This document shows positions 1 through 13,798 of a DNA stretch of 64,000 bases, piece after piece; the stretch's first letter is position 1; every line of letters starts with the position of its first letter. The translations under genes and the position numbers were made by a program. The notes under the pieces are model-generated. The model was not told where the DNA came from, ran no database searches, and saw nothing but the letters and a program-made list of their open reading frames with translations. The stretch lies in NCBI GenBank assembly GCA_012295275.1, contig CM022665.1:1674001-1738000 (forward strand). The letters run 5' to 3'. Source of the DNA: Chrysomallon squamiferum (lineage: Eukaryota; Animalia; Mollusca).

Positions 1-189
1 AAACACAAACGCATATACTATGATACAACCCAGAAGGATGACACTATTGATGTTAGGTGAAGACATTTTTATAACCCTGTAACAAAATATAAACTATAGT
101 TGTCTCTTTATTATTATTATTATTATTATTATTTTTATTACTACTACTACTACTACTACTACTACCACTGCTATTATTACTACTACTTC

Positions 190-226
<37 letters not shown>

Positions 227-303
227 TTTACTACTACTACTACTACTACTACTACCACTGCTATTATTACTACTACTACTAGTAGTACTATTACTACTAC
301 TTC

Positions 304-334
<31 letters not shown>

Positions 335-336
335 TT

Positions 337-367
<31 letters not shown>

Positions 368-414
368 GCTATTATTATTACTACTACTACTAGTAGTACT
401 ATTACTACTACTTC

Positions 415-448
<34 letters not shown>

Positions 449-3379
449 TTATTTTCTTTCTTATTTTATAAATATATGAATGTATATGTGGCTCACCTTA
501 CGGATCTAAATTTTATGTTAAAAATTAAAAATGCTAGTGCAAGCAGGATTCCAAGCGTAGCTAAAATACACACAACCACATACAGCGACATCGAGACTGA
601 AGTCAGCTTTGTTACAGTCTGCACTGAATCCCTTGGCAGATTCCCTGAAAACAAAAATGAACCCATTACTATTTTTGTATCGTTCTTTTTAAAAATTACT
701 TCTGTGCACTGATATTTTTATCTTCTTTTTACATGTATATGGAAAATGAACAATAATATTCACACTGTGGCATAATAATAATATATAAATAAATAATATT
801 ATTAAGAACAAGAAGAAGAAAAAGATAGTCAAGCAAAAATAGAAAAGAATATTAATGTAAAAAATATAATATAAAGAGTATTTGCCATTTGGCCAAAGAA
901 TGTGTGAAGACTTGCTCCAGTTGGTTTCATTGCCGATGCTGAGTTTATTGTACCATCCAATTGTGACTAAGTCCCCACCTGAAAACATCAAAGTTATCAA
1001 AGTCAAATTACGATGTACCGAATAACAGTGATTTATAATTCTCTTTGGTTAAAAGTTATATAATCACTATATTTTATATAACACTATCGTAATCGATTTT
1101 ACTTTATCATGCGTTAAGATTTGATTTGATTTGATTTTTGCTTTAGATATGTCTGACATAATTTACCTTTTTCTCTTTGAACTCTCTCTAGTTCATTCAC
1201 CTGTCTAATCCACTCCTTTCTAATCTATGCAAATCTGACATCAAATATCCGTTATTATGCACAAATAAAAGGTGAGAAGGTACAAAGCGTAATCAGTAAC
1301 ACACCACATTAAAAAAAAAAAAAAAAAAAAAGAAAAGAAAGAAAGAACATGGCTGTGTTGAAATTGCTTTCACATTTTTCTGAAAAAAAAAAAATCAGAA
1401 CGATAACCAAAACACAAAAAAAAAAAAAAAAAAAAAAAGAAAAGAAAAGACTTTAATGAAGATTAGAGAACTCTACCTTGTAATTGCTGAATCTTCATTA
1501 GTTTTCCTGGGTCGCCGTTTTGATCAAACGAGACCTGACTGGATATAGAACTGAAATTGACCTTGTTAGTATTGTTCTTTATTAATTCGCCCATGAAACT
1601 GTTCGTATATGAAAAATCTTCAAGTCTGTATCCTTAAAAATTAAGATACAAAGTAAAAAATATATTGATTCAGGTGAGAGAAATTTAATGCTTTTAAATG
1701 TCTTTTTTTTTTTTTTTTTTTTTCAAAATTACAGTACAGTAAAGTACAAAATAATCTTTATTTAAGGAAGTGCATATAAAAATGAATAATATTAGCTCAT
1801 ATGAGATATTACAGTGATATAAAATTAAATACAGCGGATAGCAAATAATAACAGTGGTGGTTGTTGATAATGGTTATCGCGACGAAGTAAATAATTCCGA
1901 ATTACTGTAATGTTATACGTTAGTTTGCTGAATTTCCTTTTCTCGGATCAGTTACCTGTATTTCTAAGGTCGTTAAGAGTCGCGTTCAGAGCATTTGCGA
2001 TTGTCCAGACAGAGTCGTAACCAGCTGAAGCTTTCACGTAACCCGGAAGCTTTCTGTTCTTTGTCTTCTTCTTGTAATCGTTCATGAACTGTCTTGGCGT
2101 GATGCCATTATCGTCAGGTTTGTCCACGTCGTCTTTGAGAAATACGGAGTCAACTGTGAAGTAGTTGCCAATGACTGATAAGATCTGGTCCGATGTGCAG
2201 TTTTTGTTCTCGTTTTCCCACCATTTCGGAGGGTAGAAACCTGGCAAGAGCCATACAATCTTTGCCCCGTGGAATCCTATCCTGAAAGCCTTTAAGAATA
2301 AATAAATTTAGTAGAAACCACTATGTATTTGTTTACGTTAATGAGTATGCATATTAGTATATATCTTCTAATAAAATTCGCATAATATCCAAATATAAAT
2401 GTAATTAAAAATATCTTTTATTCATGATTTATAATATTTTGTTTTTCGAAACTTGTTCATCATTCCACCAAGACGATTATGAAATTAGTTGAAAATACAT
2501 GCCAATAAGTAGTTTTACCTCACAGAAAAGTTGTAAAGCCTTATCTTCGTAAAAAGCACCCACGATGATTCTGGCATCATTTCTCTATGACAGAAAAAAA
2601 AACATTGTATGTCTGAGTGTAAATGTGAATACTGAAAATTCACTTTGTCTGTGTGTATGTCTGGGTGTTTTACTTTTAATATTCAAAGCAACAAGCCAAG
2701 CCTTAGGCATTATTAAACATCTAAGTGATTCTAACATCTTTGTATAAATGTTAATAATTATTTATTTGCTGTATCCAAACTAAGATGTCAGTTGCAAGAT
2801 TTGTTTATGTATTTTCCAGTGTAAATGTATTGACAATGGGAGATGCTAAAGAATGCTAGCGTTATTTTGAAAGCGTCACCTTTAAATGAGAGACGATCTG
2901 CGTGGGATTCTCACTAAAAACGTATTTTTTAAGAATGGTGATATTTATTTTGTTCATCAAATCTTCCAAGTTTTCCACCATCTGATAGTGAAAAAAACAA
3001 AACAAAAACAAATACACGAGAGATCATACGTTGGTAATTCAATAATTTCTTTTATCACACATTTCGTTTTTGTCGATTACCGTTAGACAAGGCAGATTAA
3101 TCGATAACATCTAACAATAACAACTACATTAACAGACGTTTTCTAAACTTCTAAGGCTCTATCCATTCCAAATGTGTGTGCGTCACATTTACCAGCGAAT
3201 GTAACAATAAAATCAGTATTTAGGTTATTGGTGTCATTAGAAGATGAATTACTTTAAATTATTTTATATTTAAATTAATTCTTGCTTTGATAACAATGCT
3301 AATTTGTAGTTCCTCGGTTTATTTTGTAGCAGTAATAATTTTCTAAAGATGATAAATGAAGGTTTTATTCGTTTGAATT

Positions 3380-3477
<98 letters not shown>

Positions 3478-3937
3478 CTGCAGCTAATACATAGTATTAA
3501 TTTAAAAGGTGTGAACTTTTCTGAAGGTAAATTCAAACTGAATTAAACAGCTATGCATTAGATCCTCTCAAATCCAGCACTGAATAATTGAAATTTGTTG
3601 TTTATTCTCTATAATAAATTTATTATATCTCTGGAGAATCAACATTGAACTGTGAGATGTTTTAACCTAAAGTCGAGGTATTCATTAAAGAAATATGGTG
3701 CAGTGTCTTACAGTGGAAAATAATTGATATGACTGATGTATCGTAGTCACTTTGGTCCAGTTGAAACGTTTGAGGAGTTCAATGCGCGGATAATTCAAAT
3801 ATTGAGCTGGATTGATCACTCTAAAAAAGTACGGGTACTTATTTCGGTTTGAAAGTGCTGGAGAGGTGGACATGAATGAAACCTGGAAATAAAGTAATTT
3901 ATAAATTGTATGCTTATTATTTGCACATAAACACACA

Positions 3938-3994
<57 letters not shown>

Positions 3995-6900
3995 GATTGA
4001 GTTTGTTAAATACACATTTCTTTTTTCTGTTAATTTGTTAAAGTAAAAACAAAAAATTAAAAATAATAAATAAAAACAATACTGATAGTCATTTCATATT
4101 TCGACTACAATACGTTACAGGTAACACAAATTCAATTTCTTTTTTACGTCTAGGAAATAATTTCTGATTGGTTTTTTTATGCAGACAACAAATATAAATA
4201 ACAGGGTGGATTTATCAGTTTTAAATCACGTTTATCTAACAGTTTATTTACAACGACACATATCAAAACGCAGTTCAAGTATTTCGAAATGCTTATAATC
4301 AAGTACATCAAATGAGACAGTCTTACTTGAACTAGGTTCCATAAATGCGTTGCTTCAGCGACAGCCTGGCTGACAATAGAACATCCACCTCCAAGAACCA
4401 TTATAAACGTCGGACCGTTACACGAGCCTAATCTCTCTGCGACTGCTTTCACTCCAACTCCTGCGTTGCACTGAACAAAGCACAGGGAAAAACAGAGAGA
4501 GAAAGAAATGAAAACGTGAAAGAAGACAGAAAAACAACAGAGAAGGATTCAGGTTTTAAATCGGCAGATATATAACAGAGGCTTTACAGTGTTAAAGCGT
4601 GCAGTTCAAACGAGAATAGACCAAAAGAAACTCTCCCCTCTTCCCCCGCAAAAAACAAAACAAAAACAAAACAAACAAACAAACAATTATAGCAATAATT
4701 ACCACATCCAAGACTGTTTGAGCTATAGTTACCAGTGTAAAAAGCAGTTCATTATTTGAATGTTCACAGGGTCATATTACTATATTTGTAAAATCGCTAT
4801 TCGAGGCTAAAGTGGGGCCTTAAGTCCCCTAGAATCCATCTGAACCAGTTACTGACAAATTTCAAATATTGACATATTCCTTTGTGGTCGAAATAACAAG
4901 CACTTACAAAATCAATTCATCATCACTTAATCTGTCTTAAAGCAAAATTTAAAAGATGTTTGTTTAATCAGGAGCTATCATAGACAAACAATAATTAATG
5001 AAGTTACAGAAAAAATTCAAGGACAACGTTTCGTCATTAATAAAAAATAAGGTACAAGCAGCTTTAGCTCCACTGCTTCATTCAATCATTTATGTTTTCA
5101 AACTTAATAAATAAAATGAAATAAAATAAAAATTATCATAAAGAACCATTATTTATGGATAAAAATTGGACCAAAACCGTTTTAAGCGAGTGATGAACAA
5201 TTAACTAATTCGAAGATTACGAGTTTTCAGAGATGAAATAAATATTAGATGTCTTTATTGCCATGTCGATTTGACATATGAAGTTCCAGAGTTAGATGCT
5301 ATTAATAAATTTAATACCCTCTACAATTTCTTTTAAATCCCGGATCCGCCATGAAAAGTAACGTTTAAATTAACAAAAATACGTAATACATCTCCTGTTT
5401 TGCATTCTTTGTAAATCAATAGCTATTAAAAATAGAAGAAAGAAATACATGCATATGTAATAAAAGGATGTAATATAATAACATAAATATTTTATTACTC
5501 TTTCTTGATATGTAGTACAGGATCTTTTCCATACATATTCTCATAGGAAAGCAGTAAAAGTCAGGAAATACATTGTTTTGTTTTAGCCATAGAATTAAGC
5601 ATTGATTTTGTTTTAAGCCAGGACTTAAACCCGTCCGCAAACCCACATCTAATGTTACGTGTAACGAAGTGTACGTGAACAATGGGAAAATGAGATCATT
5701 CGGTGAACTATCCACATTACAAATACCAACACTGTACTGAACCAGTAAGAACGACTTTTATTTCAGCTATAATGGTTCGTTATTAACTTGAAGGCGATCT
5801 TCAAAATAATTTTATATACTTTAACATCAACGATATCACTTAAAAAATAGATCAAAGCTTACTGACGCTAAAATCCCAGAGCTTGGAAAATACAAGGTAT
5901 GTTCTTAAGCAAAAGAAGGAGAAATAAAAAATAAAATGTCTGATAAAAAGAAACAACAACAGCATCAGTAACTGACTGATGCGAATAACATATTGCATCT
6001 ATCAAGTGAAAGATATCGCTATAAGTAAAAAAAAAATATAATAATAAATTGTAATTATTTTTTTAAAACTTCATAATAAAATTAGAAAGAAAGAAAGGAA
6101 AGAAAGTCATTTACATTTCATGCTGCTTTATGTTAAAGCAACAACAATCTGTTAAGATTCTGTATGACGGAAGATAATGACCAGTATTCCGTTTATGTTA
6201 CTTTTATTACTTTTATTTTTATCGCTATCAATTTTAGGGTTGATTACCTTTCATAAAGATTCTAAAAATCTCTGTTATGGTAAGAAGCAGAAGTTATTAT
6301 CTTGACAATTTTTATTAACCGAGATATAAAATAATTCTGTAATATCTTCAATGATTGAAAAAAAAAAAAAAAATAAAAAAAAAAAAAAAAATAACATAAA
6401 AATTTAAAAACTACTAAAGTAATATTTGTGGAGAATAATGTAAATTTACAAAATTAGGAATATTAAAGAATCTCGGATGGAGGGAAAGATGGGCAGGCTG
6501 ACAGATAGACAGGGAAACTGACGGACGGTCGGAGACAAACAGACACATACATACATACATACCTAGAAATATTGGTAGATAGGTACACAGCTAGGTAAAT
6601 AGGTAGGTAGGTAGACAGACACACACAAACGCACAAAACAGAAGATGAAGAGTTATGTTGTTTCTCTAGTGCTTTTCGCGATTTACTTTTAATTTCCAAC
6701 AGATATAGTCAGATAATAAAATACTGATTAAAATAGTAATACATTAGTGTAGTATATCCTGTTATAAATAAGAAAATAACGAAAAAAAACTTACTTTAGT
6801 ATCATTCCATATCAGATTGAGTCGATACCCGGGTAGAATGGTCGTATCTCTGTTGACGTACTCAATGGCTATTTCGGCAGCTGGTTCAATGCCTAACCCC

Positions 6901-7031
6901 CCAGTCCACGCGCCATCCATTGGAAACAGGCCCAGAATGTAAATATCATGAACGGATTCGTTCAGGATTGTACGACTTAAAACTAACTGCACGTAAACAA
7001 ACAATAAAAAAGTGAACCGACCCTCACGCAT
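1..7031 (-). CDS. GABA-B receptor-like class C GPCR (signal peptide, Venus flytrap domain, TM1-TM2; 3' part lies outside the window)
   Basis: Phase-consistent exons: 7031-6795, 4470-4327, 3882-3712, 2981-2880, 2584-2519, 2289-1956, 1632-1477, 978-886, 644-497, 76-<1. Translation has GABA-B hallmarks: GLFPMDGAWTGG, AIEYVN..ILPGYRL..WNDTKC, GGGCSIVSQAVAE, STSPALSNRNKYPYFFR, DARIIVGAFYE, YDSVWTIANALN, VSFDQNGD, TM1 LGILLALAFLIFNIKFR, IKMSSPNINSVILLG. Subunit orthology cannot be resolved by eye. Confidence 0.93.
109..450. repeat. Compound (TAT)n/(TAC)n microsatellite with higher-order block duplication, intronic
   Basis: Alternating TAT and TAC tracts with recurring interruptions (cactgc, ttctgt, tagtagta). 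Source of the poly-Tyr ORF 100-282. Confidence 0.95.
3381..3477. repeat. Compound (CT)n(AT)n(GT)n(GA)n microsatellite
   Basis: Directly visible dinucleotide tracts in an intron. Confidence 0.95.
3941..3990. repeat. (GT)n microsatellite
   Basis: About 25 GT units. Confidence 0.95.
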
Positions 7032-7569
7032 AACTGATGTTAGAACAGCGAACTTCTTTTCAGTTCTAGTTCTGCGATTTAACAGCCGAGTTAAGTAAGA
7101 CACACAGATGATTAGTAATAAATCAATTTCCGTGAATAATATGTACTCGACAAATGAGAATTTGTTAAAGATTTTCGTTTTAATAGACTCGCAATTCTGT
7201 TGGATAAAAATGCACAACAGTGTTTGACACGTGTGTGGGTATGTATATAGGTATGAACTCCAACTAGACAATTTTCTTTTCATTTACAGAACCCTTGCAC
7301 ATTACGGAACACAAAAATACAATCAGCGAAAATTGTAACAATAAAGTATAAATTAACAGAGAGTCTTTCAGACTGCGAACGCTAGTGTATTATCTGCGTG
7401 AACAGACTGAAAAATGGTAGTGCAAAATGAAAGGTTTGACGCTGATTCACCGCGCTGCCGTTTCCACGATCAAAATTCTCGTATAGCGTACGACAGGTTT
7501 AATTAATGTTTGTGGACCGAAAAGAATTCATTCAAAACTAAGTAGCTATATTATTTTATTTATTTTTTC

Positions 7570-7630
7570 ATCATTATCATCGTTATCATCATCATCATCA
7601 TCTTCTTCTTCTTCTTCTTCATCATCATCA

Positions 7631-7667
<37 letters not shown>

Positions 7668-7703
7668 CATCATCATTCTTCTTCTTCTTATTATTATTAT
7701 TAT
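7570..7703. repeat. Compound (ATC)n/(TTC)n/(ATT)n microsatellite
   Basis: Trinucleotide tracts visible directly. Confidence 0.9.
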
Positions 7704-8539
7704 AGAATTTATTTCTTATTGTGTTAAATTAAATTTTACTCATTACATTGCAAGTTTATTAATAGCTCGTATTTGCTATTAAAATCTGTTTCATAAAAAT
7801 ATTATTATAATTAATACAAACGAGTGTTCACATGTATCCACTGCTGTTTTGTATGATATAATTGTGTGTTTTATTAAAATACATACATGTAAAGAGGAAT
7901 ATCATTTTCATTATAAAATAAATTAATGAACTAGATTAAATGCAGGGAATGCGCTAGTTATCATTCACTGTGTTTGGCAAACCGAACAAAAAAGAAAATT
8001 GTGGCGAGGATGGTTTGCAGTAAATGGGCCGGCAAATGCCAACTCATTGAAAAAGTGACGAGTTAACTCTTCACGGCTATCTTTCAAATATTTAATAAAA
8101 CAAAACAACATCACTGATTAACCAGATTTTAAGTGTCTTTGATACTACTAATGACTGTAATGTATTATGAAACGAAAACGTGTTATTATGAATTTTCTGG
8201 TGACATCAAAAAGAATTTTGGAATATCGATGGACATAAAAAGGAAAGCCTTAAGTACTAATTTCCGATTGATTTTTAATTCATGGTTTTCAGCGGGCATC
8301 TTAACAAGCAGCTGTTTGATAATGCGCAAGAAAACCTGATATCAGTCACTGTGAAAATGATACAGGAATGTGGCTAACGAAATGTCATCGTAATTAGTGA
8401 CAGTGGATAAACCAATTTTTACTTAACACGTGTACAAACGTAAGGTTAAAATAATGATGAAGATGATGATAATCTGAAGTATGACGGATTTTAAAAGTGT
8501 TAGGAATCACTTCGCTTCAGGGCAAATCAGTCACGGAAT

Positions 8540-8575
<36 letters not shown>

Positions 8576-9650
8576 TATGTGAAATCTACGGAAGGGAGTG
8601 CCGAAATGCCTGTTCATGGAATCTTCAGACAACGAACACTTGCAAAATCAGATATGATGTAAAAAACACAAACAACAATAAAAAACAATAAATCTGATGG
8701 AGACCACAACAAATTATTTAATATTATACATTATTTATATATAACAGATGTGTTTCATCCAATATATTTCAAACTGTGTGCTTTTTGAAATTTTAGATTT
8801 AAAAGAAATAAACATGCAGCTTAAATATTCATTTATGTACCATGCCTTTAAATATTCATTATATTTCTTCAAATGAATTAACTGCGATCAATTAGTCATA
8901 TTACTAACTGAATTTTTTGAGAGAATCGGTAATCATAATGTAAAATTATTTTTCTATAACATATGTTTTTTGATTTTTTACTGAAGTTCTGTTTGTCTGG
9001 AAAACTAATTTTCATACTGTTCCCTGCATACGAAAGATAACGGTAGAACTGAAAATGTTCCAGTGTCGTATTGACTGGAAAGATAATTCTTTTGTATATG
9101 TAATGTTTCCAGTCGTTTCTCTTTCATGCAGACGTCAAAACCAGTTAATGGTTAAGACAATTACACAGGTTTTATCCTTCAATTTTTGAATTAAAACATC
9201 CTCCACAATGGTCGAACACAACAGTAAAAGCGCATACCTTTGCTTTGAAGATTCATACACAAAGAGCACACAACAAAGATGAAAATGGTAAATTATTAAC
9301 ATTAGTAATTTAGATTACTATATTCTACTCATTTATTTGCACTGGCAGTCATAAAAACGATTCAGAATTATATTTCACGTGAAAAGGACAGATGATATTG
9401 AAAAATCAATGTTTATAATTTTTGTTAATGAATTTGTCAGTTGAAAAAATTAAAAATACATATAAAAATTGGTTAGTTGTATCTGTACAACTCGTAAATC
9501 GATAAATATGAAGCGAAATATTTGAAAAATGAAATGCAAAAATCAAAAGCATATGTTTTATGCTAATCAAAGTCAATACACATGCACAAAACAAACAAAA
9601 AACCACAAACACACAAACAGACAGACACACACTACAAATTCTATTCTAAC

Positions 9651-10119
9651 ATCTTCACACTGGCTGCCTTGAACTCACAGCACTGATTGGCCTGACAAGC
9701 TCATTGCACGAGTCTGTCTCCTCACCTTTCTACAAAGCAATAACCTGAAGGAAATACCACTCATCATATCACATAAATATATGCACACTCACGCAACTAT
9801 GTACAACACAAATATATGCTCATAGTTATAGGTACACTTACATGTATGAGTGTATGTTTAATAAAAATACAGAAGACTAACTCAAATACTGTGCCCCTAG
9901 TAAAAAAAAAAGAGGAAATATTAATAACTTTTGGCGATATTCCAACCACACGCACATACACACACCTTTAGAATAAATAAAAGACACTGTGTAGTCGTAG
10001 TTTCAGCAATGATGAGGACAGACATGATGACAAAGGCAACGTCAGTGCGGTTTCAGCGACACAGGCAAAGCTACTGCTTCACGAACTATTACTTTGTATT
10101 TGGAACCGTTTAAAGTCAC
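9651..10119 (-). pseudogene. Decayed TM6-TM7 and proximal C-tail exons of a second GABA-B-like receptor
   Basis: Exon 10119-9966 (tttag|...|gtgtgt) reads VTLNGSKYKVIVREAVALPVSL, then after a frameshift TDVAFVIMSVLIIAETTTTQCLLFILK. This matches GABA-B ..LNDSKY....V....PVS and TM7 ..TT.TLCLVFVPK. Next exon 9744-9651 (ttcag|...|gttag) reads VIAL*KGEE..., with two stops. Confidence 0.7.
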
Positions 10120-10273
10120 CTAAAATGAAGAAATATGACAGTGAAAAGGTACGTGTGAGTCAGGCTGGCTGGTCTAATCTTCAGTACAACGGAGTAATTA
10201 TTTCGTCTTATCTTTATGTTAGTGTACAGCTGATCAGTCTGCTCCTTTTGTAGACATAACATTTATGTATGCG

Positions 10274-10391
<118 letters not shown>

Positions 10392-13071
10392 GTAGACTGT
10401 CAAAACCGGATTCAATGGGATACGCTTTAACGAGATATGCCGGTTTATAAATATTAAAATTACAAGAATGTTTTATTACAAATGTTATCGAGTGTCAGCT
10501 GAGAAATAGCCACTGATGACTGCGTTCTTTTTTAATCTCTTTTTTTTTTTTTTAAACTGTATTTATTATTATTAGTAGTAGTATTAGTAGTATTAATAGT
10601 ATTAGCATTATTACTATTATTATAAATATATCACTTGGAAGATGAAAGTATCGAAATATTTTTCCTGCATTTTGTCCAACGATCACGGGAACCCATATCG
10701 CGATCGGTCAGTTTTTCGTTATTTCCGTCAAATTACACTTTAAAAAATCATGTAACCAACTGAATGAATACCTGCCAAAAAGTGCCTTGTTTTTCTATTG
10801 TGATTAGAGTTTGACAATAAACAGTTCTTTTAATCTTGTGTACAAATTAAATGAATAGGGCGAGTAGAATTGTAGGTGCGTCTGTCACACTTCAGGCGAT
10901 AGTTGTTAAATTTAGTAACCGAAAATAAAACATGGTTGTCAGCTTACAATTCGCTTTTGTTAAACTTACTGAAAATGATATTCCTCGTACTCTAAGTCAT
11001 ACAAGATTATTTTGTTTGCAAAATTATCGCGATAAACGACGAATTAAATTCGATGAATTCAGGAAATGTTGCTTGAATGTTGAATAAAAATAAACTAATA
11101 ACTTTTTTCTTAATATCAATAATTGATTTATAAAACTTGATTTATTTTCGCTTTAATTCTTGATAGCTCCATCAGAGAAAATACCCAAAATAATCAGATG
11201 ATAGATATCTTTTCTTTACAGTCAAATCACAGTAAACACAAAGCTAAGAAAGCTTTTTTATCTTTCTCTTTCAAATATCAGACTGCTCACACCTGCGCCC
11301 ACCATTAGCCGAGTTTACGTATTGCAGGAACTTCTCTTAAAGATCAAATCCTTCTAATCCTTTTGCATAACACACACACACAAACATACACACACACACG
11401 CACATACGCACACACACACACACAAAACACAGCATCATTTAAAAATTTTACAACTGAATATTTAAAATACATCAGACTCAAAAATCAAGGTGCATGGGTA
11501 AAGGAAGTTATGCTGTGCTATTCTCAGTTGTTAAAGTTTTATTTATTTATTTATTTTTTTTAAGTGGCAGCCTGCGATGTTTCAACCACCTCTATAACAT
11601 GACTCTAAATACTTTCAACATACATCTAAGCTTCAAACGTAAATTATGTTAAATTAAAATGTAAATAAATTAATTAATTGAAATTCAATTCAGTGAGGGC
11701 AACAATCGAAAATCCGGCGATCTTTAAACTCAAGAAACGAACTGCTAATTCATTATTGCTCAAACTCTACGTAAACTTGTTATTTTATTTATTTACTTTT
11801 ATTTATTTATCTTTTTTCTTCTTCTTCTTCTCAAAATTTTATGACTAAAAAAACAACAACTGGCGAGTTATTTTACGATACACACGCACCGTGTTTGTTC
11901 GAATTCCGTAGCTTCAGGCAAGTGGGCGGAGCTACTGATTACAGTACCATGTACAAATAGACGCAGGCTGCAATTTGTACAAGACCTATGGTTAGTTGTA
12001 CATTAGCGATGTTAGAGAGAGATATTTTTAGTTATAATTATTTTTACAACGTGAAGTTTAAATAAACACAGACAAAATTATCGTTATCCTAATTGCAGTT
12101 GGCTCCTAAGCTTACAACTGCCGAAAGAACATTCTCATACACAACATTCTCCTCCAAGTTCTTTCGTACTCGTCTCACTACGAACAGTGAATGAGATATA
12201 TGGATGAAGAACCACTTTTACTATGACAGGCACCAAACTTGCAATGGCTCACGCCAACAGACATGCTGACAACATACACAAGTAACATTACAAATACTTA
12301 CATTCTAGCTGCTGCTGTTAACGAAACAAAAACAGTAATTTAACTGAAAAAGCTACTTTTTTAATTCACGTGACTGAATCGCGGTCGAGATAGCCATAAA
12401 CTCTCAGGTTAAAACATCAGACACATCTGACAAAATTATAAAACTCATCATCATCAGATAGGTTTGTATTAATCCAATTAAGATTAAGCTTTTATAATAA
12501 AAACATTGATGCCAACTTTAGAATGATACGTTCACAATATTAAACTACGGGACATGTTAATGGAAACATCCGACAGTATTCAATTTGTCTGTTTTAAACA
12601 CCTGTGGACTTACAGGTAACATAGTTCAGCCACAGTTTAGCATTTCGTATACTCAGAGCCGTCCGCATCATTTGGAGAAGATTCACTTTCCTTGGCTCCT
12701 TCCTTTACCGCTAAGACTGCACCACTTTTATAGCTCCCGCGTTCCAACATTGGCTGACGACAGATTCAGTTTTTGTTGTTGTTGTTGTTGTTGTCAGTGT
12801 CTGTTGTTTATTCATTTTGAACTGACCACCCTGAAATGAATAATAATATTGCTATTAGTATTTCATTAGCAAACCTAAACACCACACGAAAAGAAATTTA
12901 ATGTATACATAGACTACAAAACAAAGCGACAATCTAATCCTAAGATCTGTAAGGTGTATCACGAACATAAATTATCTAGCCAGTGTAAACTAATGTTAAA
13001 ATTCCTCTTTCGATATTCCATTTGAACTGATTACAAAGAAGCAGATGTTGTGGAATTAGCATGTTGGGTGT

Positions 13072-13151
13072 TATAAAACGACCATTTCTGCGACATCAAC
13101 GTCGTCCTCTCCGCAGACAGCAAGAATACAGCATCTACTTCAACGAACAAG
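13072..13151 (+). promoter_or_regulatory. TATA box and candidate non-coding first exon of the acidic protein gene
   Basis: TATAAAA at 13072-13078, then a short GC-richer stretch ending at donor AAG|gtaatt (13151/13152). The next acceptor tttacag| directly precedes the ATG at 13799. Confidence 0.6.
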
Positions 13152-13798
13152 GTAATTTAATATTTTATTATAATTAAATTATTTGATTATGATTACAAAC
13201 AAAACAATTTTTGGTTTGTTTTAAATTCAAAAAACGGTACTGCAATAACATATCGAAATGTTCTTTCAGTCAGTAGTAACTAAAATAAATTTCACGAGTT
13301 GAGATAAATTAATAGAATGTAATATACACACATACACAGAGTTTTCTGTTAAACCATCAATAAACTGTAGCTGTGCTGGTGGTCATTGAATTTGGAAGTA
13401 TACAGAATACGTTTTGTCTATTTCGTCTTCTCCTAAACCTAGCAAGAATATTATAAATTTGACTTGTGAAAAACGATAAATCAATATAAAATGTTCCTTC
13501 TTTATAAAGATTTCACGAAAATATTTAAAATTAAATTAACATTAATGCAGATATTTCATAGTTTATATGAAAAATATGATAGTAATAAATAAAGACAAAA
13601 ACAAATAAAACAGATACATAAGTAAACCAAACTGATTCAGCAACTAGAGCAATAACATTAAATAATTAAGTAAACAACGCAAGCCATTAGATAAATAAAT
13701 AAATGGATAAATAAACAAACAAACAAACACACACTTAACAAACAAAGAACCAAACCAAGAACCAAACATATTTATTACATTGGTATTTCTATTTACAG

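Noticed and set aside
100-282. Poly-Tyr ORF
   Set aside because: Translation of an intronic TAT/TAC microsatellite.
7032-7283. N-terminal extension of ORF 6762-7283
   Set aside because: The signal-peptide-like sequence begins at the ATG at 7031; the upstream part has no receptor features and is probably UTR.
12110-12330. Exon-like minus-strand segment with Cys-rich partial frames
   Set aside because: Stops in all frames and no motif I can assign; cannot be supported as a gene or pseudogene.
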